DNA of 64,000 nt from Blepharisma stoltei ATCC 30299 (Eukaryota > Protista > Ciliophora). The notes under the pieces were generated by a model, which worked only from the letters and a program-made list of their open reading frames with translations, was not told the DNA's origin and did not search any database. The DNA lies in contig CBFDEM010000024.1 of assembly GCA_965603825.1 (NCBI GenBank), positions 434,001 to 498,000 on the forward strand, in the 5' to 3' direction. Positions 11,037-25,900 of this stretch are shown in pieces; position 1 is the first letter of the stretch; the number at the start of each line of letters is the position of its first letter. The translations under genes were made by a program, and so were the position numbers.

Positions 11037-11975
11037 TTAAATGTTAAATGTCCTTGGACTTAAACTAAGCATATAGCTCGGACTTTCAAAAAGTATGTAA
11101 GAAACTGACTTGCTTAATCCTTCGCCTGGGCTTTGAGTTTGATTAAACTTTGCGGCACTTTCATATTTATCATTCAAAAAACAAGGAGACAAAATCCTAT
11201 TTCTCGGAGGCGATTCAGCAGGTGTAAACATAAGTGCTGTGTCTTCAATTACTGATAATTCGCTATAGCTTGAATTCATCGTCGTAACTTCTATAATTTT
11301 TCTTCTTTTTTTCGGCAAAGGTGTTACTGATAAATTTTCTTTATCTGCTTCTAATCTACAGCTATCTACTGAGTTCTGGTACCCTTGGATCGCGTTTGTC
11401 AAAATTTGATTGTGTGCTTGAATACAAGGAACTTTGGGAAGATCTGAATTTTCATTGATTGATTTTCTTCCTCTTTTTCTTTTGCCTCTTTCTTCTACTT
11501 GATGAGTAGAGCACACATGTTTTGGGTCAGTATAAATATGGTCTCTGATAAGATTATTATACCTTGTGTTGAACTCTGGGATTAGTTTTTTCATTGATGA
11601 ATTCCAATGGTTTTTAATTGAGTTGTCTGTCCTCCCTTTAAGAATTTTCGCGATTTCAGCCCATCGATTTCCCATCATCTTATGATAGAGAAATAAGAGC
11701 CATTCTTCGTCTTCAAGTCACTGGTCCTTTCGGATATTTGGGTTTAAATGGTTGTGTCATCTTTCTCTGCATTGTTTTCCTATCCTACCTGGTAGACTTT
11801 TTGCAATGTGACTTCATTTTTGAGGGCCGTATTTATTAACCAATTTTATTACCATTAAATCTTCTTCGGTTGTCCAAGGACCAGTTTTTATTTCACTTGC
11901 TGCTGTGTCGTCATAATTCCATGAGTAATCTTTTGATTTGATTTTTCGGCTGCATCTTTCAACTGTAAGTGCCAT
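11037..11975 (-). CDS. R2R3 (c-Myb-like) MYB transcription factor, 312 aa
   Basis: GPWTTEED...GPQK(W)[18 protein letters not shown](W)HNHLNP...Q(W)LEDEE...[25 protein letters not shown]. The bracketed Trp are TGA at 11814, 11757 and 11718. Confidence 0.95.
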
Positions 11976-12490
11976 TTAAATTTAAATCATTTTCATATTG
12001 GTTTAGATTTAAGGTCGAGATCTGCAAAATTGACGTCAAATTTGAATTTAATCTATGAAAAATTATAATTATATTGATTTTTTTAATATTGATAGGCTGC
12101 TATTATAAATTTAATAAAATACTTATAAATTCAATCGAAAAGATTTTATAGAAAATTCAGAAGCTTATTTTATCGAATTTCTTAAGGATTAAGCAATAAA
12201 TGCTCCTGGGTACTTATCCATTAAAAATATGAGTGACCATTTTATAAAATTTTAATCTGTCTGACTTATCAAAATTTAGTAAGATATTTATGGCTATTTC
12301 CACCAATACTTTCACAAGTTTTAATTTGTATCCGGCTACTTATTTTTTAATATTATTTTATGAATATGGATAGCTTCTTTTAATCTCCAATTCTAGTAAA
12401 TCTGCCGTCCTTTGCTTATTCAGTAAACCAATTTTAAAATTTTATTACTTCCTATCTATCTAGTAAGACGATGGTTTAAAAAGAATCATT

Positions 12491-14284
12491 ATGCAAAGCT
12501 TAAAATCGCTCTTTGGAGCTCTAGTGAAAAAAAGCTTTGAAAATAGGCAAAGCATCGGAGAAGAAGATACGAAATCTTCTGAGAACCAGTCCTCACCCTC
12601 CCCAATACTATATGAGTCTGAAATCCAAGACTCATTTTTAGGATCAATCAGCGAGGGAACTGAGTCGATGCTGGCACAGAAAATTCCACCGTCAGGATTC
12701 CAACTTGCTACTGTAATTCCGTCAACTCATTCTGACGTCATGAGCCATGCGTTATACAAAGCTGCACAACAAAACAAAGCAGAACTGTGTGGCGAACTGC
12801 TACAGAAGTCTTTTTATGGAGATGCTATGGCCAATGTTAATTTTAAAGACGAAAATAAAAATACTCCTCTGCATGTCGGAGCAAGCCAAGGATATCTTAA
12901 AGTGTGTGAAGCTTTGCTAGACTATGGAGATTCTACCAATCTTGATGCCAAAAATATTGAAGAAAGAACTCCACTCCACTTGGCTTGCAAGTTTGGACAC
13001 TTGCAAGTGGTGCAACTCCTAGTCAGATCTGGCGCTGATATTGATACTCCTGATGAAGATGGAAATACTCCTTTACATTTGGCATCAGAAAACGCAAAAA
13101 CTGATGTGGTTTCTTGGCTTTTAACTAAGCATCCAAATTTATTTATTGAAAATAAATTTGAAAAGACCCCAGCAGAGGTAGCAGGCACTGAAGAAACAAA
13201 AGCCCTGTTTGCAAAATATTCAAACCGATCTCAGAATAGCACTTTTAGAGGTAATAGTCCAAGACTCTGCGTAAGAGAAATGAGCTTCTTTGAAGAAATA
13301 AAAGAACCTTCCAGGGTTTTCCCATTAGATTTTGAGATTTTAACTGAATTAGGAAAAGGCAGTTTTGGAGAAGTTTATCTGGTCAGGAAATCTGATAGCT
13401 GTCAACTTTATGCAATGAAAGTGCTGAGAAAAGAAAAAATCATGGGACAAAATTTAATAAAATATGCAATGACAGAAAGGCACGTTCTCAGTTATATTAA
13501 TCACCCATTCATAGTATCGCTTAACTTCGCATTTCAAACCCCAGAAAAATTGTTTTTAATACTAGACTACTGCCCTGGAGGAGACTTGAGCTCACATTTA
13601 GCTCGGGAAAAGCATTTCGACGAGTATAAAGCAAGAATTTATACATGCGAAATATTACTTGCATTAGAAGAATTGCATAGGCATGGAATAATTTTTAGAG
13701 ATCTGAAGCCTGATAATATCGTAGTTGATGAAGATGGCCACGCTTTGTTGACCGATTTTGGGCTTTCAAAAGAAGGAGTATATGATGGCGACACGGCTAA
13801 AAGCTTTTGTGGCTCTTTAGCTTATTTAGCACCTGAAATGATCAGAAGGCAAGGGCACGGAAAAACTGTGGATTGGTACCTTCTTGGGGTTTTGTTTTAT
13901 GAAATGGTGGTAGGGATTCCACCTTATTTTTCTAATAATAAAGAAGAGCTGTTCAATAATATCCAGAAGGGGAAGCTAAAGCTTCCCTCAAGTTTATCAC
14001 TAGAAGCAAAGGATCTGATAATAGAAGTAAGATTTATTTAGCTATTACAAAGAGATCCGTCAAAAAGACTAGGTGCAAAAAGAGATGCTGAGGAAATTAA
14101 AGCACATAAATTCTTTCAAGGAATTGATTGGGATAAAGTTATGAGGAAAGAGCTTAAGCCTCCTGTACCTCCTAAAAAATGTATTCCGGACCAAAGAATT
14201 GAACCTCGGCTTGTGTATGGAGATTTGTCGAGATGTGAAGAAAAGTACAACAGGGTTTCTGGCTGGTCTTTTGTTTTAGAATAA
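12491..14284 (+). CDS. Ankyrin-repeat AGC-family Ser/Thr kinase (~592 aa), one intron
   Basis: Ankyrin repeats (TPLH), GKGSFG, AMK, RDLKPDN, DFG and SFCGS...APE. After intron 14027-14041 the AGC tail FFQGIDW...LKPP...GWSF runs to TAA at 14284. Confidence 0.92.
14027..14041 (+). other. 15-nt intron GTAAGATTTATTTAG
   Basis: Removal gives DLIIE-LLQRDPSKRLG (kinase subdomain XI). Confidence 0.92.
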
Positions 14285-14428
14285 ATATTATCAAGCATAA
14301 ATATTTATTCGTTGTACTTCTTACAAATTTAAATACCATAAATAATAATTAAAATGTAAAATTTTCAAATTAAACTAAATTATAAGTTATAATAATTGAT
14401 TAATTTTATTCTAATCGAATTGGTGCTA

Positions 14429-15226
14429 TTAAAACAACTGATCCTGTGAATTGGCTGTAAACTTTTGCTCTACAATTTCTTCAAACTCTTCAGTTTTTTC
14501 TTCAAAAATTTCCACATAATTTTTCATTATTTTTTCTGTTTGCTTCTTGATGTTTAATATAGTGGAGGCTATTGTTTCCCCCACGCTTTTGATTTCATCC
14601 AGTTCTTCTGAAAAATAATTTTTGATTTTGCCGAAAAAATTACCGACCTTTTTGCAAGTAATTTTGCTTTGGATCATTCATTCTTTTGCGATTCCAATTC
14701 CAAGCTTATGTCTGGAAATATTTTTATCTAGGCACCTCTCAATGAAGTCGTCATTTTTTTTGATGAATCTGATCAATAAGTCATTTGTGCTGAGGGTTTC
14801 TACTGGCTTCATTGGCCATATTCTTTCTGCAGCTTTTAATTCACTGTATTTTGGATCATTTTCTTCTCCTTCGTTGACTATAAGATAGTCAATGAAATAG
14901 TCTTCTAAGAAATGGATTGTAATGTTCGTTGGGCATGGACATATGGTATCAGTAACCCAATGGCATTGGCTTACACATGCTCCACGCTCGTATTCACTCA
15001 TCAAACATTTCCTGCGTCCATTTTCATCTCCTATGATCCCAACGATCAACGATCCATTGACAAATAGCTTCTTGCATTTTTCTAACTGTCTTAAATGCCC
15101 AACGTTAAACATGTCGAATGTGTCGACATAAAGAATTCGAATTTCATCTGGATCATCTGAGAATTTCAATTTTTTCCTCGCACTTGATGCTCGTGAATAT
15201 CTAATTCTCTTTTTGGGAATATCCAT
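14429..15226 (-). CDS. Choline-phosphate cytidylyltransferase-like protein with degenerate active-site motifs, 265 aa
   Basis: Two ORFs joined at TGA 14678. IRILYVDTFDMFNVGHLRQLEKCKKLF...LIVG...MSEYER..VSQCHWV...IDY, followed by an amphipathic C-terminal helix. Confidence 0.75.
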
Positions 15227-15960
15227 ATTTTAAAATGTGATTGGGGCATTATTTCTTGATTTTCTTGACATCAAATTTTGGGAAATTATTGGAAAGTTGT
15301 ATTGATCCTTGATTCATTGGTTTTTTTGATATATAAATTGTAAAAATTCATATTAATAAAAATTAATAGAGAGGCACGCAAATATCAAAGTAAAGAGATA
15401 TAATTTTAATGAGAAAGTGTTTATTCATTAAATATTAAAATCAAAATTTCCAAATTATAAATCTCAGTTATACTTTGGATTTTCTCAATTTTAAACACAT
15501 ACTAAAATTAGCATTTTCATGGCTCATTAGAATGGCAAAAATATCACCTCTAAAATGAGTTATAGAGCTATAAACTATAGTGGAAGTGCCTTATATCGCA
15601 TTATATTTTATAATTTTAATCAGAATAAAATGTTCAAATTAGAAATTTATTTTAATTAAATGTCCAAATATTAGTCTTACAAGAAATTATACAGGAGAAT
15701 AAAACCATATTAAGACCGATCAAATTGCTTTTGCTTAATGGTCTTCGCTAAAAATGATAAGTAAAAATCAAACTCAGAACTTTTAATTTGATATTAAATT
15801 GAAGAATTCAAATTGAGCATTATTGTATAAATCACCCTACCTCTAAATATAAATGCAATATTATAAAAATCGCTAATCTTTAATTGATGCTTGGGTGGAA
15901 AACCTAAAAACAGCTTTGCTCTACTTTAATATATGGGGGGTAATTAGTACAAAAATTTAA

Positions 15961-16371
15961 ATGTCAATTAAAGACCAAAATCAAGTAAAAGAGCCTCAAG
16001 TCAAAGCTGAAATTGCATTAGGAAGATCAATGGAATATCTAAAAGAAAGCCGAAGCTGCAAAGTTTGTGGAGTTGAATACACGTCAAGTTTAGAAATAAT
16101 ACCTCATTTATATAGAGAGCACCCAAAGTGTAAAGATTGCAAACTTCGATCTTTATCAGTTGAAGATCATATTCTCCACAGACTTGAAAAGCATCTTAGT
16201 GATATAAGGCAAGCATTTCAGACATCTTATGGAATTAAAAAAAGTATTGGTTTAAGGCATGAATGCTCAGTATGCTCAGCTGTTTTTACCAGGAAAACTT
16301 ATGCGCTTGTGCATATGGCTAAAAAGCACCCTTTAATTGTTTCATTATTTAACTCTGACAGCACATTTTAA
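15961..16371 (+). CDS. C2H2 zinc-finger protein
   Basis: Three CxxC-x12-HxxxxH motifs (CKVC, CKDC, CSVC). Confidence 0.8.
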   Translation: MSIKDQNQVKEPQVKAEIALGRSMEYLKESRSCKVCGVEYTSSLEIIPHLYREHPKCKDCKLRSLSVEDHILHRLEKHLSDIRQAFQTSYGIKKSIGLRHECSVCSAVFTRKTYALVHMAKKHPLIVSLFNSDSTF

Positions 16372-16377
16372 ATTAAA

Positions 16378-17994
16378 TTAACTACTTTCTTCGCCTAGGT
16401 ATTTTTGATAAAGCTTCATAAATGTTTGGCCTCCTTTAGGAGATTTAAAAGACTCATGAGGTTTGTCTTGAAACTGCTCTGTAAGCTTTTTTCTGGACTC
16501 GTTAAAATCTTGCAAAGCCTTATTAGAATTCTCATAATTATGAAGAATTCCATGAATCATTTCATCTTTTTTAGATTTAATTTCTTTGAGTTGCTGATTT
16601 TCAGTTTCAAGAGACTTTATTTTTTCAATTAATTGCCCATTGCCTATGTTTAACTGGTAAATAAGATATCCCATAAATTCCACTTCAATAATCAACTGCA
16701 AATCATCTCCTTGTAAAAAAAAATAGTTTTTTGTTATTTCTTGCCTTTTCTGGTAAAAGTCTTCACCAACTGCAATATTAAAGCACTGATAAATATTGAA
16801 GGAAGTCTCTTTCACAATATCGATTATTGCTTCAAGATCTTTTATTTTTTTGTTAGACTTATCATTTGAAAATTTGAGATCTTTTATTGTTTCTTGGTCT
16901 TTTTCTGAGCTTAATTGCATTATTTTAGTGAGTTCTGATTCTCGGCTGCTTCATTTGCTTTTTAATATATCAATTTGCTGTCTCAACTTTTGCTCAGATT
17001 CTCTTGCGTCAGAAATCTCTGCATCTGAAGACCGTTTTATTTGGTCATAACTAAGCTCTAATTCTTTAGTTTTCTCTTCTAAGTTTTTAGCAGTTTCTTC
17101 AAGTTCGCTTCTCAATTTTTCATTTTCTTCTTCAAAAACTTCTTTTTCATTGATCAATTTTTCAACTTCACCAGAATAAATTTTCCTGGACTCTTCAAAG
17201 CTCCTTATTTTGCTTTTAGCCAAGTTTTCTTTTAATTCTTTTATTTTTGCTTCGTTTTCTCGTATTTCTTCTTGAAGCCTGCAAATTTCTTTATTAAATT
17301 CATTTTCTATTTGTTCTTTTTCGTTTTCATATCTATCAACTATTTTTCCTAACTCATTTTCTAAATTCTGAATATTTGCATTTAAAATCAGAGTATTTTC
17401 AATTGCCTTGTCCATTTTACTAAAAACCTCGATTTCTGACTTATCAAGCCAGCTAGAAAATGCTCCGACTTTATAATTTGCTTCTTCTTCAATCATCTTT
17501 AAAGATTTTCCATCGCTTTTATCAGCAAGATCATCTATTTTTAAAGGTGAATCGTTCTCATATCAACTTGAGCTCTGAAATGATGCACGTTGGTCTTTGT
17601 CTAATAATTGATAAACCCTCTTTTTAACTTCATTGATAAATTTTGTGCTTGAGTCAAGAGCATTCGTGAACTTGCCAATAATTCCATTGACTATCGAAAA
17701 TCCATTCTCATCTGCATCAAAACTATAAATATCTGAAAAATCAGTTTGCACTTCATTATCAGTTTTTGGCTTATTTTTATTTCGAGAGTGAGCTTCAGCC
17801 TGCAAAGCCCAGATTTTGGCTGCGGAATGAAGCAAGCAGGCTTTTTCAAAAGATTGTTCACGTATATACTCGTATTTGTTTACCAATTCTGTAGGAAGAG
17901 GAAATGAAAATAATATTTCCTCAGCAACATTCAACAAAGCTAATAAACTTTCAACTTCTGGCTTCAGGCTATTTATTGCTCCTCTATTTTCCAT
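16378..17994 (-). CDS. Coiled-coil hypothetical protein, 538 aa
   Basis: Three same-frame ORFs joined through TGA at 17563 and 16951; E/K-rich heptads. Confidence 0.8.
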
Positions 17995-18011
17995 AAAATT
18001 AAATTTAAAAA

Positions 18012-19259
<1,248 letters not shown>

Positions 19260-19293
19260 ATTTAAATTTTATGAAAAGTGTTTGTTAATTAAA

Positions 19294-20463
19294 TTAACTC
19301 TTTTTGAAATTACGAGGAAAAGGTGATACTTTTTTTGAAATAGATACATCAATTTTATATGAGCTTGCTGATCGAGGTCTATTTTCTGTTGTTATCAAGC
19401 AATTTTCACATTTCGTATTACTGCTCTCAGAGAGACCTGAACTCTCTGGGATTGATTTTGGGTTAATTTTAAATATAATTGGCTTTAGACTCAGTGATTT
19501 TTCTGTTTCTTCATCTGAATCAGTCTGCTTTCATTGAGAAAATCCTATGATCCTCTTCGTTTGTGGAGTTTTCTCCATCAAATCAATTGGCTTTTGGCTA
19601 AAATTGCAGTTTAAACTAGATACTGAGCCGAATTTTGGAATAAACTGTTTTTGAGAGCTCTTAAATTCATTTGAAGTTTCCTGGCTTAACTTAATACCAT
19701 TATTGTTTTCAACTCCAAGGCCATTAACTGCTCCAGCATTATTTCATATTGAAATAACTTCTTTTTCATATTTCATTGTCTGATTGTCAGAGCTATCATT
19801 GAGGTAATTGATATTTATTGCCTCGCTCTTCCATTTTCTTCTGTTATATATTCTTTTCTTTTTATCAAAATTCAAACATTTTGATGAAACACTTTCTGGG
19901 TTTTTTGAATTTAATTCCAAAATAGACTCAGATGAAGGGTTTCTTTTGATCTTATTCAATTTCACCTCATTGCCCGTTTCAAGCTGAGGGATGCTATCAA
20001 GATCATCATTGTTACACTGCTCTTGCTTTTTAATGGTTTTTAGAGAGTGATACAATGGATATGCATTTATTGTATAGCAAGGAATTTGAGTCCTAGACCT
20101 CACATGTATGATTTTAATACGCTCCATGGATATCACATTTAGCTGTGGCTCCTTAGGCGATTCACATATAGGTGACCCAGGAGGATTTGTACGAGGCGAA
20201 AATGATTTTCTTATTCCACTTTGAGCGCTTGTTGTACTGGCAGGTGAGATGTCAGTATATTCTTTTGTGAACATTTTTCGAAGGTTCATAAGGGCTTGCT
20301 CTCTACCTTCTCCAGTTGGCGAGCATATTTTAAAGGTTCCAGATCTTGTATGGATATAGGTTTTACTTTTAGCTGCCGAAATTGGGCGCCTTCTTAACAT
20401 CTGGATTTTAGAATTTGCTGGCTTGATTTCAAGTTGAGGAATCTCTTTCTTATGAATTCTCAT
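19294..20463 (-). CDS. Hypothetical low-complexity (S/K-rich) protein, 389 aa
   Basis: ATG at 20463; frame continues through TGA at 19744 and one more TGA to TAA at 19294. Confidence 0.7.
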
Positions 20464-20858
20464 TAATATTATATACAGTAAATGACTTCTCAAATATTTA
20501 TCATTTAGGAAATAAAATAGCGTTAAGAAAATTTTTATTTATGGTCGTAAGTTATGATTTGACTACTTAAAATTTTATTTATTAATTTTATTATCAAAAG
20601 GGAAATAGAAAGTCTACTGATAAATTATTTATAACGCTTGACATATTTAGTTACATTTAAATTCAAATAGTTATGAGATTATTAATTGATTGATTTTTAT
20701 GATGTTTACCTTATAACTTTAAAGAGCAGGCGAATTATATTTAAAAATTAATTTTCCTCAGTGAGATTTTATTACAAAAATGAAAAAATCAATAAATATT
20801 AAGTTAAGGAATATTATCATTAATTTGCCGAAAATTCGAATTCTTTGTAATAAATTAA

Positions 20859-22172
20859 TTACTCATTTTTTTCAATTTGAAGATTGTCTAAAAATGGATA
20901 AACTTCTCCTAAGCTTTTACTTCCAGTATAAAGTACTTTATAAATTTCTCCCATCTGTTCTGAGCTCGCAAGTCTCTCATATTCTATATCTAATTGTGCA
21001 CCTTTTTCAGCATTATTTTGTGTTTTAAGATAATCTACTCTAGCCCCTATTCCCATAGACTCTAAAAAAAAGCCTTGAGGTATCGGCCCAATAGTTCTTA
21101 AATCTGTATAAGTATCAGCAACAGCTTTCAAAGTTGAAAAATCGACGTAAGCGCTCAAATCAACTTTTCCAGGCATCTGGAGTCATTTATCAGCGTCAAG
21201 CTTTTCATGGCCTTTGATTCCCTATATAGCAAATACTCTTATTGAATTAGAAAATGAATGATTTTCTCCATAATCAATAATTATTCCTGCTCCAACAGTA
21301 GAGTTAATGAAATCACATATTTGAGTCATCAAACTGACTGATACTGGAGATAATTCTATTCGATTTCCTTCAAAAAGCTGTATGCTCGCTTCTCCTGAAA
21401 ATCGTTTTTCTGGCTTAAGGATATTTTTTACATTTTGGTTTGGTCCGTTACTTCTTATTAATTGAAAATCATCATTTTCTGTCAAATTAACCTGCACCTC
21501 ACATCATCCTTGCTGCTCTGAAAATTCGAAAATGTAAATAGGAAGGGCATCAAAAAGTTCGTGCCCGATAACTATTGCTGGATATCCTTTAAGTGCTTTA
21601 TTGTAGAGATCCCTCATTTTTTCAAATGAATCATATCAAAGAAATGAGGTATGTTCATAAAATAACTTATCAATTCCATCCTCACTTTGGCTTCATGTTT
21701 TTAATCCTCAATCTTTGAATACTTTTTCAATGTTTTCTTTTTGAATTTTTCTCAAGGCAGCACTGACATCAACTAAATGAATGCTTAACCCCGATAAGCA
21801 ATCTAGGCTTTTCAGGGTTCTAAGTATATCGCATGTTAATGTGCCTCTACCAGGTCCTAATTCAATTAAATTTCATCTAAATGGATTTTTGAACTTCTGC
21901 TGAACATGGTTGAGCCAAACTCCAATCATTTCACCAAATAATTGAGAAATTTCAGGAGAAGTAATAAAATCTCCTTTTCGACCAAACACATCTCCTTGGC
22001 AATAATATCCATATTGTGGATGAGCCAAGCATTGCTCCATATATTGTGCAAATGATAGAGGACCGTTTGAAATGATTTGCTTTGTTAAATGCTCTTTTAG
22101 CTCGTCTTTTTTTGGCTGAAGGGACTTTATAATTGTTCCTCTAGGACCTCGAAAAAATCTTCTTAAAAGCAT
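20859..22172 (-). CDS. NDUFAF7: Mitochondrial protein arginine methyltransferase NDUFAF7/MidA, ~432 aa
   Basis: GPLSFAQYM..CL.HP.YGYY...FG.KGDFITSPEISQLFGEMIG, ELGPGRGTL, HELFDALP, IIDYG and PGKVDLSAYVDF. Six TGA codons and intron 21222-21236. Confidence 0.93.
21222..21236 (-). other. 15-nt intron GTATTTGCTATATAG
   Basis: Removal restores SIR-GIKGH and deletes an in-frame TAG. Confidence 0.9.
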
Positions 22173-22963
22173 GAAGTCAAATAATATATAAAGATGAAAT
22201 TTTTGAGATGGGCTGGCGATTCAACGCTAAATTGTTTATAAAATTTAAATAATTCAAATTTACAAAGGTGATTTTTAAATTTTAAATTAAATATGACTAT
22301 TGTAAAACATTACAACTAAAATAAAAATAATCAGCGAGTAGTTCAAATATTTTGGGGAAATAAAAAAATTGAACAGAAATATCAGAATACAAGCTTGCTA
22401 ATCTACTTTTTAAAAGATGAAAACTGCACAATAAAGCTTTTATAGAAAATTGCACATTAAATTCAAAATTAATGGTTCCAAAACTCAATCCTCATTAAAA
22501 ATTCTTGAGTAATTTTGTTTAGCAACATAAATCTCTCTGTTTTAGATTTTTCAACAATCTTTGAATAATCTTATGCAAAATGTCAAGAAAAATTCACTGT
22601 AAGCTCGAAACCAAGGTAATTTACAAATACGAAAAATGCAAACCTAAACATCGATTAAATCCTTAAACTTAGAAACTCAAGATAATCAAAATTGATATAG
22701 AGCTAAAGACTCGATAATTATTTTGAAAAACTATTGATGAATCAAAGTCCATAAATTATAAAGAGTGAGTTTAAAAGATTAATGAGAAATGAGCTACTAA
22801 TATATTCTTTTAAGCCTTGCACTTTAATTTAAACCTCAGGATATTAACTATCTACATTAAGAAACCCTAAATTTATACCACATTAAGTAAATTCTCAATG
22901 GCTAGGATTGTTTTAATTAATACCATTGAGCAGTTGTTTGTCAATCTATAATATAAATTTATT

Positions 22964-25900
22964 ATGAATTCAAATAATAAGCGCCTAGCAAAGCCTGGGT
23001 TTATTAGCAGGATTATTGTTTGATGACTCTACCCACTTGCATGAAACTCTGTAAAAGAAAGTAAAAAAGATGAGAAATACCTCCAGCCAATTCTCGAAGG
23101 CCTAAGGCCAGATGAAAATAGTAAGAAACTACAAAAAGCTTGGGAAAATGAAATGTCTTTGAAAAATCCAAGCTTTATGAGAGCTTTATTTAAAGCATTC
23201 GGTTACGATTATTTGAAAATAGGAATTCCATTTACTATAAGCTTGTTTGGAAATTTAGGGATTTCAATATTACTTAGCAAAATAATAGATTATTTTGAAA
23301 ATGAAGAAGCTGGGCTATGGGTAGCTGCAGTTTATTCAATTCTTTTACTAATTGTATCTGTTATTGCTTTTATTCAAAACGAAAGAGGATATTTAGAATC
23401 AATGTTGCTAGGCATCAAAATAGAAAGCTCAATATCCTTATTGTTATACGAAAACACATTAGCATTTTCCGCAAATTCTTTAGGCCCGAAATCTTCTCAA
23501 GGGAAAATTGTCAACTTAGTTTCATCAGATATTGAAAATTTCCGAAATTTATCAATGACAGTATCCATATGGGTCTTTCCAATTTACTTTATCGCTGCCA
23601 TGGTCACAATTGCATTTTTTCTAGGCTGGGCCGGAGTTATAGGTCTTACTTTGGTTCTTTTTAGTTTTCCTATGCAAATGTTTTTATCAAGAATGACTTC
23701 AAGAAAATTAAACAAAACAAGCAAATACATTGACAGTAGGATCAACTTAATTAGCAATATATTTGACGGAATAAGAATTATCAAACTTTATGGCTGGGAG
23801 GTTCCATTTATGAATATGATCAGTCTTATAAGAGGATATGAAATTTCTGAGTATTGGAAGAGCACAATTTTGAAAATTTTTGCCTATGGAGTCAATATAA
23901 GTGGCCAAGGAATAATCATTCTTATCACTTTTGCACTATACATTCGCATAAGCGGTCCACTTGAATATAGCAATATTTATTGCGGAATGAGCATACTGAT
24001 GATATCATATTCTTATATGACAGGAAATGTCGCATTAGGAATGCTTCAAAGAGGGCTTTACATATCCACATGCAATAGGACTAAAGAAGCATTGATGTCT
24101 CAGCACGTCAAGAAGTATCCTCACCAAGAGAATGCAATAGGAGCCATCTCATTTAGAGAAGTAAATTCCAGCTGAGCTCCTATGCCTGAGACGGCACCAG
24201 ATCCAAAACTAACACATGGATTTGTGTCAACTTTAGATAATATTGATGAAAGCCTTGGAGGTTATAATTTCACTGTCGAGCCAGGTGAACTTTGTGCTGT
24301 TATAGGAAGTGTTGGCTCTGGAAAAACTAAATTGTTACATACCATTCTTGGAGAAACATTTATATACGGAGGAGAAATAAAAATGGGAGGATCACTAGCA
24401 TATGTAGAGCAAGAGCCCTGAATCATTGCAGGGACTGTAAAAGATAATATTTTGATGAGCGAGCCATATGAACAATCCAAATATGAAAGCGTTCTAAAAT
24501 GCTGCTGTTTGGAAGAGGACGTAAATGCAATGTCAAATGGCGATAATACACATGTAGGAGAGCACGGATGCAATTTAAGTGGAGGACAAAGAGCCAGAAT
24601 TTCTCTTGCTAGAGCAGTCTATGCTGACAAAGATATTTATCTGCTTGACGACCCTTTTAGTGCAGTTGACGCAAGAGTAGCTGAAAACATTTTAAAAGTA
24701 TGTATAAAAGGTAGACTGAAAAGAAAAACCATCATTATGGTCACTAATCAGCTTTATTACCTTCCATTTTGTTCAAAAATCTTATTAGTTGACAATGGAA
24801 AAATCATCTTTGAAGGGAATTATGATAAATTAAGGCATGAAGAATGGGCTCTGGAAATGATTGGCAAAAATGGAGAAAATAATCAAGATGATCGCACAAA
24901 CTACCAAATCAAAGATATGAAAGAGGTTGCTAAAGATCCGGCATCAAAATCGCAAGATGAAACACAATCTGATGAAGAAGAGGACACAATAAGCTCAAAG
25001 GCAGTAAAACTCAGAGTTTATTTTCAATTTCTTAAAGCAGGCTTTAGGTCTTTTTGTGTACTATTGATATTTCTTTCTATATGCGCTGTAGCTCAAACTG
25101 TATATATCATCATGCAATATTGGATTACCTACTGATGCTCAAAGAGTGATGGTGAACAGAAAAAGGCATTTTACCCATTAGTGCTTCTAGTTGCAACCCT
25201 TTGTGTATTTTTCACAGCATTTTGCCAAGGAGCTTTTATCATTAATGTCTTGCTATATGCTTCCAAGCTTCTGCACAACACTGTTTTTGCAAGATTACTG
25301 TTTGCACCAATAACATTTTACGATGAAAATCCTGGTGGAAAATTGCTTAATATATTTTCAAGAGATATTTTTATTGTTGATGCGTTTGTTTCTGCAGGCC
25401 TTTCTGACTCTTTGAGAATGTTTTTGATTATTTTTGCGCTGCTTGTTACAACGGTTTATATTGTCCCTTATTCTCTTATAGTGATTGTTATATATTTGTC
25501 CTTCTTTTATATGGTTCATGTACTTTTAATTAAGAGGATCAGGTATTTAAAACAGCTTGACTTAAGCAGCAGAAATCCTGTAAATGAGTGGTTTGGCATC
25601 ACTTTTGATGGGCTAAGAACTATCAGATGCTATAACTTTCATGGCTATTTTAAAAATGCTGCTATTTCAAAAGTAACTCAAGCTTTGCAGGTGAGTTTTA
25701 ATTTTATTATCAATAGCCGCTGTCTGATTTTATCTGGCTCCACTTGTGTAGGAGTATGCTTAGGGCTTAATGCTTTAATTATTGTCGCATTTGTTGATAA
25801 AAGCAATGCAAGTCTTGCCAGTTTAAGCCTTAGCTTTACTTCAACAATCATGCAACTACTTCCATATTTGATTAGGACCATAGTAGACACTGAAATCTAC

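Noticed and set aside
22290-22900. Possible gene or relic between NDUFAF7 and the ABC transporter
   Set aside because: No convincing long frame or recognisable motif found by eye, even with UGA=Trp.
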